A DNA stretch of 64,000 bases, taken from the NCBI GenBank assembly GCA_022813965.1, contig JALDZS010000004.1, positions 124,001 through 188,000 of the forward strand, written 5' to 3'. Each line of letters starts with the position of its first letter. Position 1 is the first letter of the stretch. The notes below the pieces were generated by a model that was not told where the DNA came from, did not search any database, and saw nothing but the letters and a program-made list of their open reading frames with translations. Below are positions 11,399 to 24,778 of this stretch, one piece after another. A program made the translations under genes and the position numbers. Origin of the DNA: Toensbergia leucococca. Taxonomy: Eukaryota.

Positions 11399-11910
11399 TG
11401 CTGAAGGTATCAAGCTCATGTGTCTTGGAGTTGACGACAGATGGCCTCGCAAATGACGGAGCCTTGAAGCTGGTGGCATAGTAATGCTTCTAATAGATCC
11501 ACCGCGAGGAGATCACCCGCTAGTAATTTATGCAGCAAATGTGTGCTGACAGTGTATTTAGCTCGAAGCTACCTTAATCATAATATACCTAGTATTCTAA
11601 CACTTGATGCAAACGGGAAGTCTGCTTGCTCAAGTCACTCGTACCAGCGTTCTAGTGTACATTAAGCTTGCTAACCTTGAGAGTAATTGAATCTTTTCAT
11701 TGACAGTTGTGGTCAACAAAGGCTTTGTGTTCAAAGCGTGGTGATAACAATCCAAACTCGGCCAAGGCCCAAGACGCTGTCTTAAAGGACTTCACCGTCA
11801 CTCGGTCCCTCTCTGATCGTTTGTCATGGTATCTCAGGCATCTTCGCGGATCTGTTACTGATATAGAGAAAAATATCTGAAGCTCTAGCAAATAGATCAC
11901 ATTTTCCATT

Positions 11911-13248
11911 ATGCGTCTCATAAAGCAAAGCTTCGAGCGTGATGGCTCTGGTTCCATTACACTCTTCCCTGAAGAACCTGAAGATATGGTGCGTCAGCCT
12001 CTCCTTCCATTTGTACTATACTGATGCTTTTATCCCCAGTATCATGCCTTCAACATCATCCGCGCGGGCGACCGCCTAAAAGCCTCCGCCATTCGTCGTG
12101 TAACCACTGAATCTGCTACGGGTTCCACCTCCTCCACCCGCGTCCACACTACCCTTACTATTGAAGTCACTGACATGGACTTTGATACTCAATCCGGCCA
12201 ACTTCATGTCTCAGGACGCATAGCCGTAGAGACCAAATATGCGAAAATAGGTCAACACCACACACTAGACTTGGAGCTGCAGCGGAATTTCTCTTTGGAA
12301 AAGAAGGAAGGATGGGATTCCGTATCTAGGGAGATTGTGAGGGCAGCGTGTGATCCAGTCAAGAGCGCTGATATATGGGCTTGTGTCATGGAGGAGGGGT
12401 TCGCGAACCTAGCAGTGTTGACGGGGTCGAGGACTGTATTGAGGCAAAGGGTTGAAGTAAGCGTACCTAAGAAAAGGGCAGGGGGTGCATCGGATCATGA
12501 TAAGGTGAGTGAGAGCCGGATTCTCTAGCATGGAGGCAGACTTTGAGGAATTGCTTACTGATCATTGCGAGGGAGTTAGGGGCTGGAGAAGTTTTTCCAA
12601 ATAACGCTAGATACATTGTTAAGACAGATTGATATGTCGGAATCAAAACCAATCCTACTGGCAAGTCCTGGATTTACGGCAGCGGCATTTCTCAAATTTA
12701 TTGTTGATACAGCAACGAGGACTGGGAATAAGGCGCTGATAGCTCAGAAACCAAATTTTGTGGTTGTCCATTCATCTTCAGGACATCTACATTCGCTCAA
12801 CGAGGTCTTACAAACTCCTGAAGTACTGGCTCGATTGAAAGACACCAAATATGCCCGAGAGACAAAATTGATGGAAGACTTTACGACTTTACTCCGGAAG
12901 GACGATGGGAGAGCATGGTATGGACCGAATGAGGTGGAACAAGCAGCGGAGAAGGGTGCTCTAGGAAGGGGTGGTGGTGTTTTACTGATAGCGGACAAAT
13001 TATTCAGAGCTCAGGATATAGCTGTGAGAAGAAGATGGGTCAAGCTGGTAGACAGGGTCAGAGACGTGGAAGGTGGTGAAGTTAGGGTACTCAGCAGCGA
13101 GCATGAGAGTGGGAAGAGATTGGACGGCTTAGGTGGGATTGCTGCTATTCTCACATTTCCGCTGGAGGGATTAGACGAAGATGACAATGAGGACCAGGGG
13201 CAAACAGGACCGCCTGCGAACGACAACACAAACGACGGGCAATCATGA
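11911..13248 (+). CDS. DOM34: Ribosome rescue factor Dom34/Pelota (introns ~11989-12039 and ~12505-12579)
   Basis: MRLIKQ...EEPEDM|YHAFN, GQHHTLDLE, ILLASPGF, RAWYG, SSEHESGKRLDGLGGIAAILTFP: eRF1-like pelota domains. Confidence 0.95.
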
Positions 13249-13510
13249 CAAGCAATTCTTGCCCGCGTATTGCTCATATGATGGCCATCAGAATCTACCA
13301 AAATTTATGCCGGCCATACATTCGAGCTTCCATCAAGGATGAAGCTCGACATGTCATTCCATTATTGGCCATTTCCAAAGTGTGGATAGGAGCATCTTTA
13401 TTTGTTTCAATTTATCTAAAAATTCGGATCGCATACCTACTCCTGAAGCCATCAGTGAAGACACGAGCTCTATACAGCGGTAGCCGGGCGCGGCCTTGCG
13501 CCCTCATTAC

Positions 13511-14138
13511 TCATCCAAGACTTGCCCATAAGGCTAATACCGCGCCTGCCATCGGAAGTAATCCCCGGCCAAAATTCAAGGTCGCCCACCAATCTAACAG
13601 CTGTTTTGCAGACTCTCCCTTTGGAAGGCCAACCTCTGTCACTTCATCCTTCACGCTGACCTTCTCCAAGCCGGCTGCTCTATTCATGAGCTTGCTGTTG
13701 ACATTTTTCATGAATATGAGGGTATACGGCACGATGCTGATAGTGGCCAGAGCAGCCAATGCATACAACTCGCCTCTCGGATGATTGGTTGATAGTGGTG
13801 CATTATACAACTCATAAGCTAGGTAACTGAACGACAATGAGGATATTGCGGCGATGGGCGGAGCAATGGCAAAGCCGCGATTGAAAGTGAGGCGCCATTG
13901 ACGGACAAGGAGAGGGGTGGGGGCTAGGAGAAATGAGGGCACAGCGCAATATGAGATGGAGAAGATTGTTCCTAAATGAGTCGTAAGATCATTCAGTTTT
14001 TAGAACAAAGAACAAGCGCTTTGGGGCTTTCAAAAGGAGTACTGTTGGAAATAGGCAGTGAGATATACCAGAAAGAGCGGCTGAGCTGCTGATGCCAATT
14101 ATCTGCGCAATCCGGATTGGTAGGGGTGTGTTTGACAT
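13511..14138 (-). CDS. DUF1772 / anthrone-oxygenase-like small membrane protein (one intron ~14068-13973)
   Basis: Exon 1 MSNTPLPIRIAQIIGISSSAALSG joins to LVRQW...RG, IVPYT..FM..VN.KL and LLDWWATLNFGRGLLP, the typical DUF1772 pattern. Confidence 0.8.
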
Positions 14139-14590
14139 TGCTGACAAGGATCAGTTGTGAGGGAAGGTTGATGTAACTGAGGTAATTAGTGAGATGATTC
14201 CGGATTGAAGGACGATTTGAATGCTTTGTGTTTGTTCCGTGACACGAGCTCGGAGTATTCTACTCGTAAGGTATCGAGGGTACGAGGGGTATCTGTAGGA
14301 AGACGAGGAACTTGTGTAGGTAGGGCTGAAGACTTTACCGAGGAGACAAGCATCCCCTGCATGACGCTTCAGCCTCAAATTCGATCACATCCTTACACCA
14401 CCTATGCAATTTTCTTTCGCTATTTGGTGGACATTGCTTTCTGTTTGGCCTGGAATGAGGGAAGGTCTGTGCTTAATGTACACACATGTGGGCGGAGGGG
14501 CCTGATTCACAGATACTACACATCCTTTCCAGCCTAGATATTGAAGAAGTGATCTATTCGCCGCGCCACATATTCTATCTAATCAACGAT

Positions 14591-15726
14591 ATGGTTCGGA
14601 TGAATGTCTTCCGTATTTTGGGCGACGTCTCCCACACAGCTTCAAAGTGCATCTTAATATGGGCGATACACTCCAACAAGAGTGCAGAAGGTGAGCGTTT
14701 CGTCTCACTTCCAAAACATCTTAGTGGTTCTGACTACCTCTACAAATAGGCGTGTCACTCATTACTCAGATGCTTTATGTTGCTGTGTTCTGTACGAGGT
14801 ATCTCGACCTTTTTTGGGTAGATCCGATGGATACGCTCTGGAATTTCATCCTCAAGAATTTCTATATCCTATCTTCCCTTTACATCATCCTTCTGATGAT
14901 GCGGGTATACGCACGGACGCGTGAACGAGAGAAGGCTTGGAGGATGGGAGCCTTATGTTTGGGGGTTTCTATTATGTTAGCACCTTTTGTTTTGCTTATC
15001 GCTAGGAAATGGCATGTAATGGGCTTTACAAAGGTATGATCCAGTGACTTAGGCAGGTCAGGGTTGACTGAGTACTTGACATAGACCCTATGGACATTCT
15101 CTATAATTCTGGAGTCGGTTTGCGTTCTGCCCCAGCTACTCCTTCTTCGACAAACGACAGTACCCACTGTCATCGACTCCTTCTATCTATTGACACTTGG
15201 TTCATACCGAGCATTCTACATCCTGAATTGGATTCTCCGACTGGCTTACGAACACTATTTCGACCCCGTCGCAATTGTTTTTGGTATAATCCAGACCGCC
15301 TTCTACGTTGACTTCGCATGGGTTTATTGGACCAGACAGCGTGTCAAATTGCGCAACGGTGGGGTTGTTGACTCCGAAGATCTTAGTCGAGGTTGGCTAG
15401 TAAGCCGTTTGCTAGGTCGAGGAGGTGCGAGCATTGACGAAGAAGAGAGACCGGTTTTGGATGGTGATGATGGACATTCGAGGACACTCAGCAGGGGCGG
15501 AGGCCAATGGGGTGCAAATGGTATATCAGTGTCTGCGGATGAGGGAGTCCTAGACTCGACAAAATATCAGAAAAATCGTGGAGATTTTGGTGCTTCCAGG
15601 GCCGGAGGAAACGAGTTAAGTGGCAACTTTGAAGATGGAGAAGACATTGACGACGGTGTTCAGTCAAGCGGGACCTTGGAGGTAGTGTCGAATATTGAAG
15701 CATGGCGAGACCAAAGAGGCAAGTGA
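14591..15726 (+). CDS. ERD2: ER lumen protein retaining receptor (ERD2/KDEL-receptor family) with C-terminal extension; introns ~14691-14749 and ~15034-15084
   Basis: MNVFRILGDVSH, SAEGVSLITQMLY..VFCTRYLDL, WTFSIILESVCVLPQL, LGSYRAFYILNW, GIIQTAFYVDF. Confidence 0.88.
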
Positions 15727-17677
15727 TCACGAGCTATTGGATGTTGGGGATACGATACTATAGAGTGTTGTGGCTCCGGAGGTTGGTTGGGTTCATGGTA
15801 GGGACGCCTAACGTAACAGGTGGAACAATGGGGCGCTAAATAGGTGCTGGTATACGGACACATCATTCAGTATATACGAACAACTGCTCCAAGCCACGGC
15901 CAACTCAAAGCATAAAAAACTTACACCTCTAACTAGCTCCTTTCAACTTTCGGTAAATTAGTCACCGTCTCTCGAGGAAAGTCTCGCCGAACGCATAGCC
16001 ATGCTTACATCAAAGATCTGGCTACATGTAACTACTTCTTATGTCCGGCGACCAGACGTTCAGCTTGAGCATCCTCGGCTTGAACGAGAGACGAATGACG
16101 AATCTCGGGAGTTGAAGATCTATTGGTGGGTGACAGGGCCGTCAGCGGGGCCTGAATGCAGTAGTGAGGTGCCTTTGACGGAACGATCTCTGTTTCATGT
16201 TGCGCATTGCCTCTCAACCGACCGCGTGTCTTGTAACGTTACACAAGCCGAGCGACCGAAGAGGAACAATTGTGTGGAATCTTTCCAGTATGGACTGGGC
16301 AATGGTTGCGGAATCACACACTAATTATTGAGGCAAAAATAGACTGAATTGGACGGACTTGGTGGATGAGAATGGCAAACGCCACCAAAGTAATTATACA
16401 TAAGAGAGATAAACGAATCTTTTACGGTAGCAGCCGAGGCCATTAATCATAGCAAATATTTCTATTACTACTTTGGGGTCATTTACCGCTCTATATTTAT
16501 CTATTATGCCCTATTTCAATGGCATCTACATGTGCACGAGCATTCCCGGGATCAGTTAAGGTATCGCAAGGGTATACATGTCTTCTCCCACGGACGGTAG
16601 CCGTCTTTCGACAATAAATGGAACTGCTAAGCTGCTTGCGAAGTGCCTTGGCCTGCACGTCCCAAGCAAAAAAGCCACATGGCTTGAATTCAGTTAGCGT
16701 CATTCGTCAACATAGGCCAACTTGCATCTGGCCGTGCATACTCAATGCGTTTTGTGGCTCGAGTCCGATACTCGGCCAACAGGGCAGGTACGACGGCTGA
16801 TCTGGCTCATCTGCACTTCAGAGTCTGTTCTGAAAGCTACTTGTACTTGTTACAACAGGTCGTACAAAGATTGAAAGTGTTGGAACATGATGGTTGTCAA
16901 CAGATTGCAGTCGATAATGCCATCTGGCAATCCTGCCAGGCCTCCATCTGTTGGCATGAACAATCAAGCTGTCACCGCCGTGGAGCGCGAGAGAAAGAGA
17001 GCATTCAAAGCTCGGTCAGCCCAGCTATCAGCATCTCAGGTATGGAGGTAGGGAGGTAGGGCAGAAGACGAAAAGAAAAGACGGTAAGCCGTCGGCGCTT
17101 ACCTATGGTTAGTGAATTGGGGCTTGATTTACTGCTAGGTACTTAATTCCATGACATTTATACTTCCCTTCCCGTTCATCCATACCTTGCTAGTCCTGTC
17201 CCCCATTTATGGCACAGCTTCCAACGCTAAATCTCGAGTCCCTCGGAATCCTGAAACGTACCTACACTAGCCCATTTTGCCGTTGTTAGGATTCTATTCT
17301 TTCGCTATCAGATGTGTACTTAAGTCATGTCCGCAGCATCGGGCACAGTAATGCTATTGCTCTAGCCTTTCCATCAAAGATCTCCACCACACAGCCTACA
17401 AATGCCTTGTTATTAGTTTGTCTGTTCCCTTGGCTTGTGTCTTTTGTGTTGGCCTGCATGACAGGTCGCATGATTCTCCACCTACTACTATTTTCCTACA
17501 TATAGCGTCGAACCATTCCGTAAGGCTGCGTTTTCAGTCTACCTCTTCCTCCAAACATCTCACTTCGTTTCTCGTTTCAGTATATCTACTATTTCATATT
17601 GCAATACATCCATCTTCATGCCTTTGGATCAGTTCTTTGGCGGCTCAGGCGTTGAAATTCTCTACCCGAGTCAGATC

Positions 17678-18744
17678 ATGGGTGGCAACCACTTCACAGA
17701 GCCGGATTGGAACACTTCTGGTTTCGTACGTCTCTTGGGCCTGTGCTTGCTTTTCATGCCTTTGTTTTCCTTCTCCTCCTGACGGGAGCTTATAAGTGTT
17801 GACCACAGATCACTCACAACGACTACGAGACTCCTTATCCAACCCCCCGGATACCGCCACCAATTGACCTCTCTCCTATCCCGGGGCACGTGGCGCCTTA
17901 CGCAAGGCCAAAGAGTAGTCCCAGCACCTTTGGACCGAACGTGGAGGACCTGCTGTTCCCGGAGAATCCATTCCGAATCAAGCACGAGGAGTATCCCCCA
18001 CCAATGTTTCCCATGTCACCCCAACAATCAACTAGGGCTAGCCCTTACTTTGGAGGGGATTATGCCATGTCAAGTTCACACTCGCACTCTGGAAGACATG
18101 CACCAGTGCCGATTGCCCCTGATCCAATTGGACTCCGTCAGATGAATGCACTAAAGCGTATGCGTGATGAAGAAGAATTTGCAGAGTATGGCAGAAAGAG
18201 ACGGACGCGGGCTCCATCCCAGGCTGGGCCCGTTGAACTTAATGAGGAAGAGCAGCTCCTTCTCAAATTGAAAGAGGAAGAGAACCTACCTTGGAAAGAC
18301 ATCGCTGTACGCTTTCAAACAGATCTTGGAAAATCCTATCAGGTCCCAGCACTTCAGATGCGTTTCAAGAGACTACGTGAGCGGATGAGGTCCTGGACCG
18401 AAACAGATGTATGGATTTGTTTCTTTTGTTACTCCCGTTAATCTGTCGTCTGATTTCTGAATCAGGTGCAAGCTCTTGAACAAGCCTACGACTACTGGGA
18501 GAAGTTTCAGTTCGACATTATCGCCGCAAAGGTCCGCTTGATCCCTGTTTTGATTTGAATGCAGTCCTTTGCTGATCGTTGTAAACATAGATGCTCGACT
18601 TCGGCGCATCCGAGCGATGGCCAGCCAAGTACTGTGCAAGGAAATGGGAGGAACTACACCCCGGAAGAATACCCTTTCAGACACACTCAAACTTCCTCCA
18701 GGACCCATGGGACCCAGAACACTTCAGCCCAGTGGACTCTTTAA
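17678..18744 (+). CDS. Myb/SANT-like DNA-binding domain protein (4 exons)
   Basis: EEEQLLLKLKEEENLPWKDIA..F...G.....ALQMRFKRL, followed by a second repeat WTETDVQAL...WEK..FDIIAAKM...CARKWEEL. Canonical introns at ~17726-17809, ~18409-18465 and ~18532-18590 keep the frame. Confidence 0.8.
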
Positions 18745-20164
18745 CTCATAGTCCGCGGCAGATGTAAAAAAAGGAACAAGAGTCGTTTCATTGCACTTAC
18801 TCTCGAGTTTCGTTCTCCGTTCTAATATCAGCGCAAAATGTTATACCCATCAAGAGATTTGTTGAGCGACCAAGAAAAAGTAGTATGATGTTTGTTCAAA
18901 TGCAGGTGCCGGTGAATTTTCTCAGGCGAACACAGACTTTGCTGCATTTACAAAAGATTTCTTTACTGTGTTTGCATGTCAATGATACGGCTGGACCAGC
19001 CAGAACAGCCTTGGTGACTGGGTCATTTTTCCAATCTGTATAAACAAAGTTTTGATTACTGGTATGAAGCCTAGCTTGTTCTATCACGGCCTTTCTTCAA
19101 TGGTGCTGTCTCAATTGTTGATGAATTGCATAGCCGCGGCGTCGAGTTATAGAAGGAAGAGACATGAAAGGATCTATTACGCTCGCTGCAAAGCATGTCA
19201 CTGCCTCATGTCAATATGATCTCCTCCGCCTTGCTACCGTCAGCGCCGAAGGACATCTTCCGTCTGACGCCGCCAAGCTGACTCCGACAGTCCGAGGTAG
19301 CGCCGAAGTTGTCTGTCGCGCGAATCTTGAGAGGTTGCATGAGGCTCAAAGTAGCAACATTGTCTCTATGACTTCAGGGCAGTGCAGTAGCGTGGCTAGC
19401 AGATGACAGGCGTAATTCAGGTACGATTCAGGTACATGGTTGAGATTGTACCTGCATAGCAAGGCGCGATTAAGATTATGGGGTTACTGAACCGCGGGGC
19501 TGTGTTCAGGAAATGAAGAGATTTCTTTGACTTGGTTAATTAGCACCTTAGCTCCGGGACTGCATGACTCAGCCATTTCTTGAGCCCCGCCAGAAAAACG
19601 AAGATGTATTGGCTTTGATGGTGCCACCAGAGCTGACAAGCTCAGCTTAACACCTTAATTACCACGTTTTTGTATGCACGCTTGAGCTGTTGTGCGACTT
19701 GACCTTCAGCTTTGCCTTGTACTCACTCACGCACAACGTGGGCATCGCAATCTTTTATGGGGCAAAGACCCCGACTCCAGGAACCGCATCATTCTTATCT
19801 CTCCCCTCTCCCTGAACCCCGCCATAGGTAGTGGCGATTTGTCTTATCAACCCACCTGCACCTGGTATCTTGTCTTGTTTGTACGACGGCCATATCTAAG
19901 CCCTTCCGAGTTCCAGGGTCATTCTGTACACTAAAACGACATATCTTTACCTAAGTTGTCTCGTTGTGTGCCCGTACCACCACCACACATATACACATAC
20001 CCCACGCAATCGTAGCTATTCTAAGCTAAGAAATACCACCTCAGGTAAGGTACCTACATGAAGTCCCTCATTCTCATGCCCAGTCACCTCTTACAAATTC
20101 TCCATCGGCATGTCATCGTTGTGAAACTGCGGCAGCGCTCATACATGGAATTCACAATCTCGCA

Positions 20165-22194
20165 ATGCACATCTCCCGCTTCTATCTGCTGACTGCTTGT
20201 CTCGTCTTGCAAGCCGTCAATGCCTCGCCGTTGCAGCGCCGCAATGCCACATGTCAGAAGACCAGTGTTGCCATTCTGTAATTCCCTCCCTCCCACCATC
20301 ATTCCATACGATGCCTAGCTGACTTCTTCTCTTAATGCAGTGGGGCTGGCACCGCAGGGATCACTGCTGCTGTGAGTCCCCTGTTACGTATCATTGCAGC
20401 TGCATTAGGTTGCTAAAGTTATGCAGCAAACTCTATCCAATGCATCTGTCACAGATTTTTTGATTGTTGAGTACCAACCTCATATTGGTGGACGGGTTGC
20501 ACATACAACTTTTGGGGCCAAACCTGACGGCACACCATATATTGTTGAGCTTGGCGCCAATTGGGTATGTGGAATGATGATCTTCATACACTGTTGGTTC
20601 CACACGCTTTCTGATATCCCGCAATTTAGGTCCAAGGATTGGTGACCCCTCCTGGGCCAGAAAATCCTATTTGGGCTCTGGTATGCAATTGGCCAAATGG
20701 CATTCTACAACGCCCAAATTTACTAACTTATCCACACAGGCTCAGAGATACAATTTGACAAACACGTATGTGAGACTTGCTAGTTGATTGGATCTGAGTC
20801 ACCTTTCATTTATGTGCAAGCACAGATACTCTAATTACTCTTCTATTCAAACTTTCAACGAGACTGGCCCCGTGGATTATCTTGATTTGCTGGATGATTT
20901 TGAGGATGCATACTCCATTCTAGAAGAAGATGCTGGCTACATATTGAGTGAGAATCTGCAAGACCAGAGTGTGCGTTCCGGTCTGAGTCTCTCGGGATGG
21001 AAGCCTGGAAAGAACATGGCTGCTCAAGCCACGGAATGGTGGGAATTCGATTGGGAGTATTCATTCAATCCGGTACGACATGTTCGGAAGAGTTCAAGCT
21101 TTTGGTGCTGAATCGAATCGGATCTAGGAACAAAGCTCTGAGGAGTGGGCAATCATCAATTATGTAAGCCTTGTCAGTACGATGGGAGATGTGTTCGTGC
21201 TTAACGTAATGTTCTAGAACACAACATTCTATCAATACTCGGAAGCAAACAATTACGTCTTTGATGAGCGAGGTTTCAGTGCATTCATTACTGGCGAAGC
21301 ATCGACTTTCCTGACTCCCAATGACACGAGGCTACTATTAAATACCATTGTCACCAATGTATCTTATAGTGACGTTGGTGTCACGATATACAATAACGAC
21401 GGGACCTGTATTGATGCTGATTATGCCATCTGCACGTTTTCGTACGTTCCCTGAATAGTACTGCAGCTTGTCGATTATCACTAAATATTGACAGTGTTGG
21501 AGTCCTTCAAAGTGACGCTGTGACATTTTCTCCTGACTTGCCTTACTGGAAACAACAGGGCATAGAGACATTCTCCATGGGGACCTACACCAAAATCTTC
21601 ATGCAGTTTCCTCCCGATCAAGTCTTCTGGAACACTTCAACACAGTTCTTCCTTTACGCTGACCCTGACGAGCGTGGCTACTTCCCTGTCTTTCAGTCTC
21701 TGGACGGTCCAGGCTTCTTGCCAGGCTCAGGTATACTCTTTGTCACTGTTGTTCAGGAGCAGAGCTACCGCGTTGAAGCCCAGAATGATGAACAAACAAA
21801 AGAGCAAGTCTTAGCTGTGCTCAGGAATATGTACGGCCCTGAAAACGTACCTATGCCCACTGCATTTATGTACCCGAGATGGAGTTTGGAACCCTGGGCT
21901 TACGGAAGCTATTCAAATTGGCCGCCGGCGACGACATTGGAGATGCACCAGAATCTAAGGGCGAATGTTAGCAGGCTTTATTTTGCAGGCGAGGCTACAA
22001 GTACGGAGTATTATGGATTCTTGCATGGAGCCTATTTCGAGGGGCAATTGGTGGCGACGGATGTCATCAGTTGCTTGAAGGGAAATTGCAGTGGCGAAGT
22101 CAACTATGAGGTGCTGCATGGGACGACGGATCTGTCGCAGCTTGATTTGGCCAATGGATGGGAAGTCACGAGCTTCCAGACGTATGGATTCTAG
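20165..22194 (+). CDS. Flavin-containing polyamine oxidase with predicted signal peptide (9 exons, 8 introns)
   Basis: Hydrophobic N-terminus MHISRFYLLTACLVLQAVNA; FAD motif VAILGAGTAGITAA; IGGRV; ELGANWVQG; MGTYTKIF; YGSYSNWP; FAGEATS..YYGFLHGAY. Confidence 0.92.
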
Positions 22195-22642
22195 GGAGCG
22201 TTGATGTAAGTGATGCCTTGGAAGGTAAGGTAAGGTAGTAGAGGATCCTAAAGACCGTGAAATATCAGCATGTGTTGCTCAGGCATGTACCGGTAGGGCA
22301 AAGAGTAAATCATCATCTTATCTTAAAAAAATCGTCTCTTTTGCATATCAAGTTTATGCTGGACAATCATCCCTTATTCACGCTCAACCCTCTCACAACA
22401 CGACATCTTGATTCATCATCCATCATTCACGTTTTACTATAACACTCATCCACTTTCAATACTTAAGTGACCTCACAACTCAAATCTCCATCACATGTCT
22501 ACCTCTCTATCCAAAGAGAGATCCCTTCCAAATTCTCTACTTCCTAAGTGACAAGACATCCCATGAGTACCACTATCATACCATCATACTCCTAACTACA
22601 CGGCCAAGAGATCTACGTCTACCCTTTCGACTATCGGACCGT

Positions 22643-24424
22643 ATGTCTCAGCCTTCTGCAGTAACCCCCGAGCGCCTAGCCTATAGTCAAATCAGTCCTC
22701 CCTCCAACACCTGGTCTAGCAACTCGGCCACGATCATGAATAATCCGTTGGAAGCTCCTCATTCTCGGCTAGCCGAGATGTTGCCTGAAGCTCGGCGTAC
22801 TGAGTATGATAATTATCCTGAATTCAGCTCCCAGCGAAGCGCCAAGTACACACCGACTATATACCCCCACGATGAACTTCGAGCTCTTCGAGGCGCTATG
22901 GCCCCTGTGACAAAGCCAGAGGACTTGAACAATCACGTTAATTTACAGTCATCCAAAGGCTCACGCTCGCCCAATCAGCAGGAAGCTAAGCGATCTACGG
23001 AAAACGAGCAACCAATTAAGAAATATTGGTGGCATGCCTGCCCTGTTTCTAAGCCGTCCACATTAGGCCAGCCTAAAACTCCAAGAGACATATCTGAAAC
23101 CACCAAGGCTCCTGTGGTCGAGAAAGCTAATAGCTTGGAGGCAAGCTACTGGGGTGATAAAGCATGTCAGGCACGAGCAAGACGGGAGACCACCAACCAG
23201 GAATCAACCCAGTCCCTAGGAAAAGCCTCGAATGACATTTTAGACGATGCTATCAAAATGTTGAAAGACATACATGTCCATGATCCAAAGACAACCGATA
23301 ACACCAAAACTTCTACCAACGAAAAGGGTTCTTTAAGCTCAACCGTAAAGGGTGGTCGAGATGGACCACGCAAGAATCAACTGATTGATCTATATGGAGA
23401 GTTCACCATCAAAGTTCCGGTCAATTTACGTCAGAGGGACAAGCCATACTTCATGGTTGAAAATACCCCAAATGGGTCGCGCGAAGTGTATCAGAGATAT
23501 GCACACCGTAGTCCGCAAGAGCCTTGTATTCTAATAGCCAAGGAGCCTTGGCCTGGCTGTTGGAGAAAGATGTCGATAGTACTAGCTACGACGGTGCTAG
23601 GTCTAGAGCAAAAGGGTGTTGTGATCGCCGGCGGATGCGAGCTCATCGGCCCAAATGCACTTGCACGTGACTGCATTCCTAGGGTGAACGACTCTTCATT
23701 GCGCCAGGTTCCCGTTGGCGAGGCTGTTTCTAAGCCATTGCCGAGCGCTGCTCAAGAGGTGGTGCCGGGCACCCAGGAGTTGTTGGAGAGTGCGTACCAA
23801 AACAATACTATTCCAGCGTCCCCGACTGCTAAAGAGGCTGGGACGAACGAGATATCCAAGGACCAAGAGCCGATGGACCAGAACGCTTGCCGGCTGCTGT
23901 ATGGAAAGAAGCAACTTTTGGAAAAGGCAGTTTCAGCCACCAAATACGATACAGCGATGCGTATTCCATTTGGTCCATATCCCCACGACGGCTTTTACCA
24001 GAAGTGCTATGGAAGGGATCATGTTCCAGGGAAACCAGCCCCAACAATCAAAGACACCACGAAGGACTCCCATATCACTCAGGGAAGCTTTGAGAAGACC
24101 GATCATCATCTACCGTCAACCGTCAACGTCAAGAAACCTACTCCTGCAAAAGTCAACCTAGCCTCTGGCACGCATATATCCGTCTCTCCATCGAAGCCGA
24201 CTCCGGCCCCCAGCAATTCGCCCTCGCAGACACCGGCATCGCCCCTTCAGCAAGCCCACAGCACTATGTCGGCAACGGGGCAGTTTGCTTTCCGTGAGGT
24301 AACTGATAAGATTGAAGAGGAGGAGCCTGAGTGGGACGTGATTAGGGGGAGGGAGGATGAGTGGGATACCGGGAAGGTAATGAAGGTCAAACAGCATAGG
24401 GACGGGTGGTTAGAGATCAAGTGA
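22643..24424 (+). CDS. Hypothetical protein (593 aa, low complexity, no recognised domain)
   Basis: Long uninterrupted ORF. It ends in acidic-Trp motifs (EPEWDVI, EDEWD, DGWLEIK). Confidence 0.65.
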   Translation: MSQPSAVTPERLAYSQISPPSNTWSSNSATIMNNPLEAPHSRLAEMLPEARRTEYDNYPEFSSQRSAKYTPTIYPHDELRALRGAMAPVTKPEDLNNHVNLQSSKGSRSPNQQEAKRSTENEQPIKKYWWHACPVSKPSTLGQPKTPRDISETTKAPVVEKANSLEASYWGDKACQARARRETTNQESTQSLGKASNDILDDAIKMLKDIHVHDPKTTDNTKTSTNEKGSLSSTVKGGRDGPRKNQLIDLYGEFTIKVPVNLRQRDKPYFMVENTPNGSREVYQRYAHRSPQEPCILIAKEPWPGCWRKMSIVLATTVLGLEQKGVVIAGGCELIGPNALARDCIPRVNDSSLRQVPVGEAVSKPLPSAAQEVVPGTQELLESAYQNNTIPASPTAKEAGTNEISKDQEPMDQNACRLLYGKKQLLEKAVSATKYDTAMRIPFGPYPHDGFYQKCYGRDHVPGKPAPTIKDTTKDSHITQGSFEKTDHHLPSTVNVKKPTPAKVNLASGTHISVSPSKPTPAPSNSPSQTPASPLQQAHSTMSATGQFAFREVTDKIEEEEPEWDVIRGREDEWDTGKVMKVKQHRDGWLEIK

Positions 24425-24778
24425 GCGTGGGTAGTTGGGTGGAGGTTGTGTGAGGGGAGAGGGGCAGCTTTAGTACGAAGGTGAATGGATTTGGTGGAGG
24501 GGGGGTAGAGTTGAGAGGCTGTCGGGTGTAGATGGGTCCCTTGTTTGCTGTTTTTCCCGAAGGCTTTGCCTACCAAATGGCGATCTGTCCTGTCCAGCGT
24601 GCATACTTGGTAGAATTCAGATGAAATCTCGGCTCGTGCAAAAAAAGTATTGAATGAAAATTTCCGATCCAGCTAATCATTAAGAAATCTCCATATCAAC
24701 CACCATCTATCGCCCTCTCATCTCCCATAACTTTAACCACACCGTCCCCCTCCCACATCAACACCCTACGCTTCCAAC

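Noticed and set aside
13245..13784. 179-aa plus-strand ORF overlapping the DOM34 stop (ATGA)
   Set aside because: Largely antisense to the DUF1772 gene, with no recognisable protein features.
15800..17670. Short ORFs and possible ncRNA in the long region upstream of the Myb-like gene
   Set aside because: No coherent spliced gene, and no tRNA, snRNA or telomerase-template motif seen. Most likely promoter and 5'UTR.
18840..19090. Minus-strand fragment faintly resembling a BTB/POZ domain
   Set aside because: Similarity too weak to support without an HMM search.
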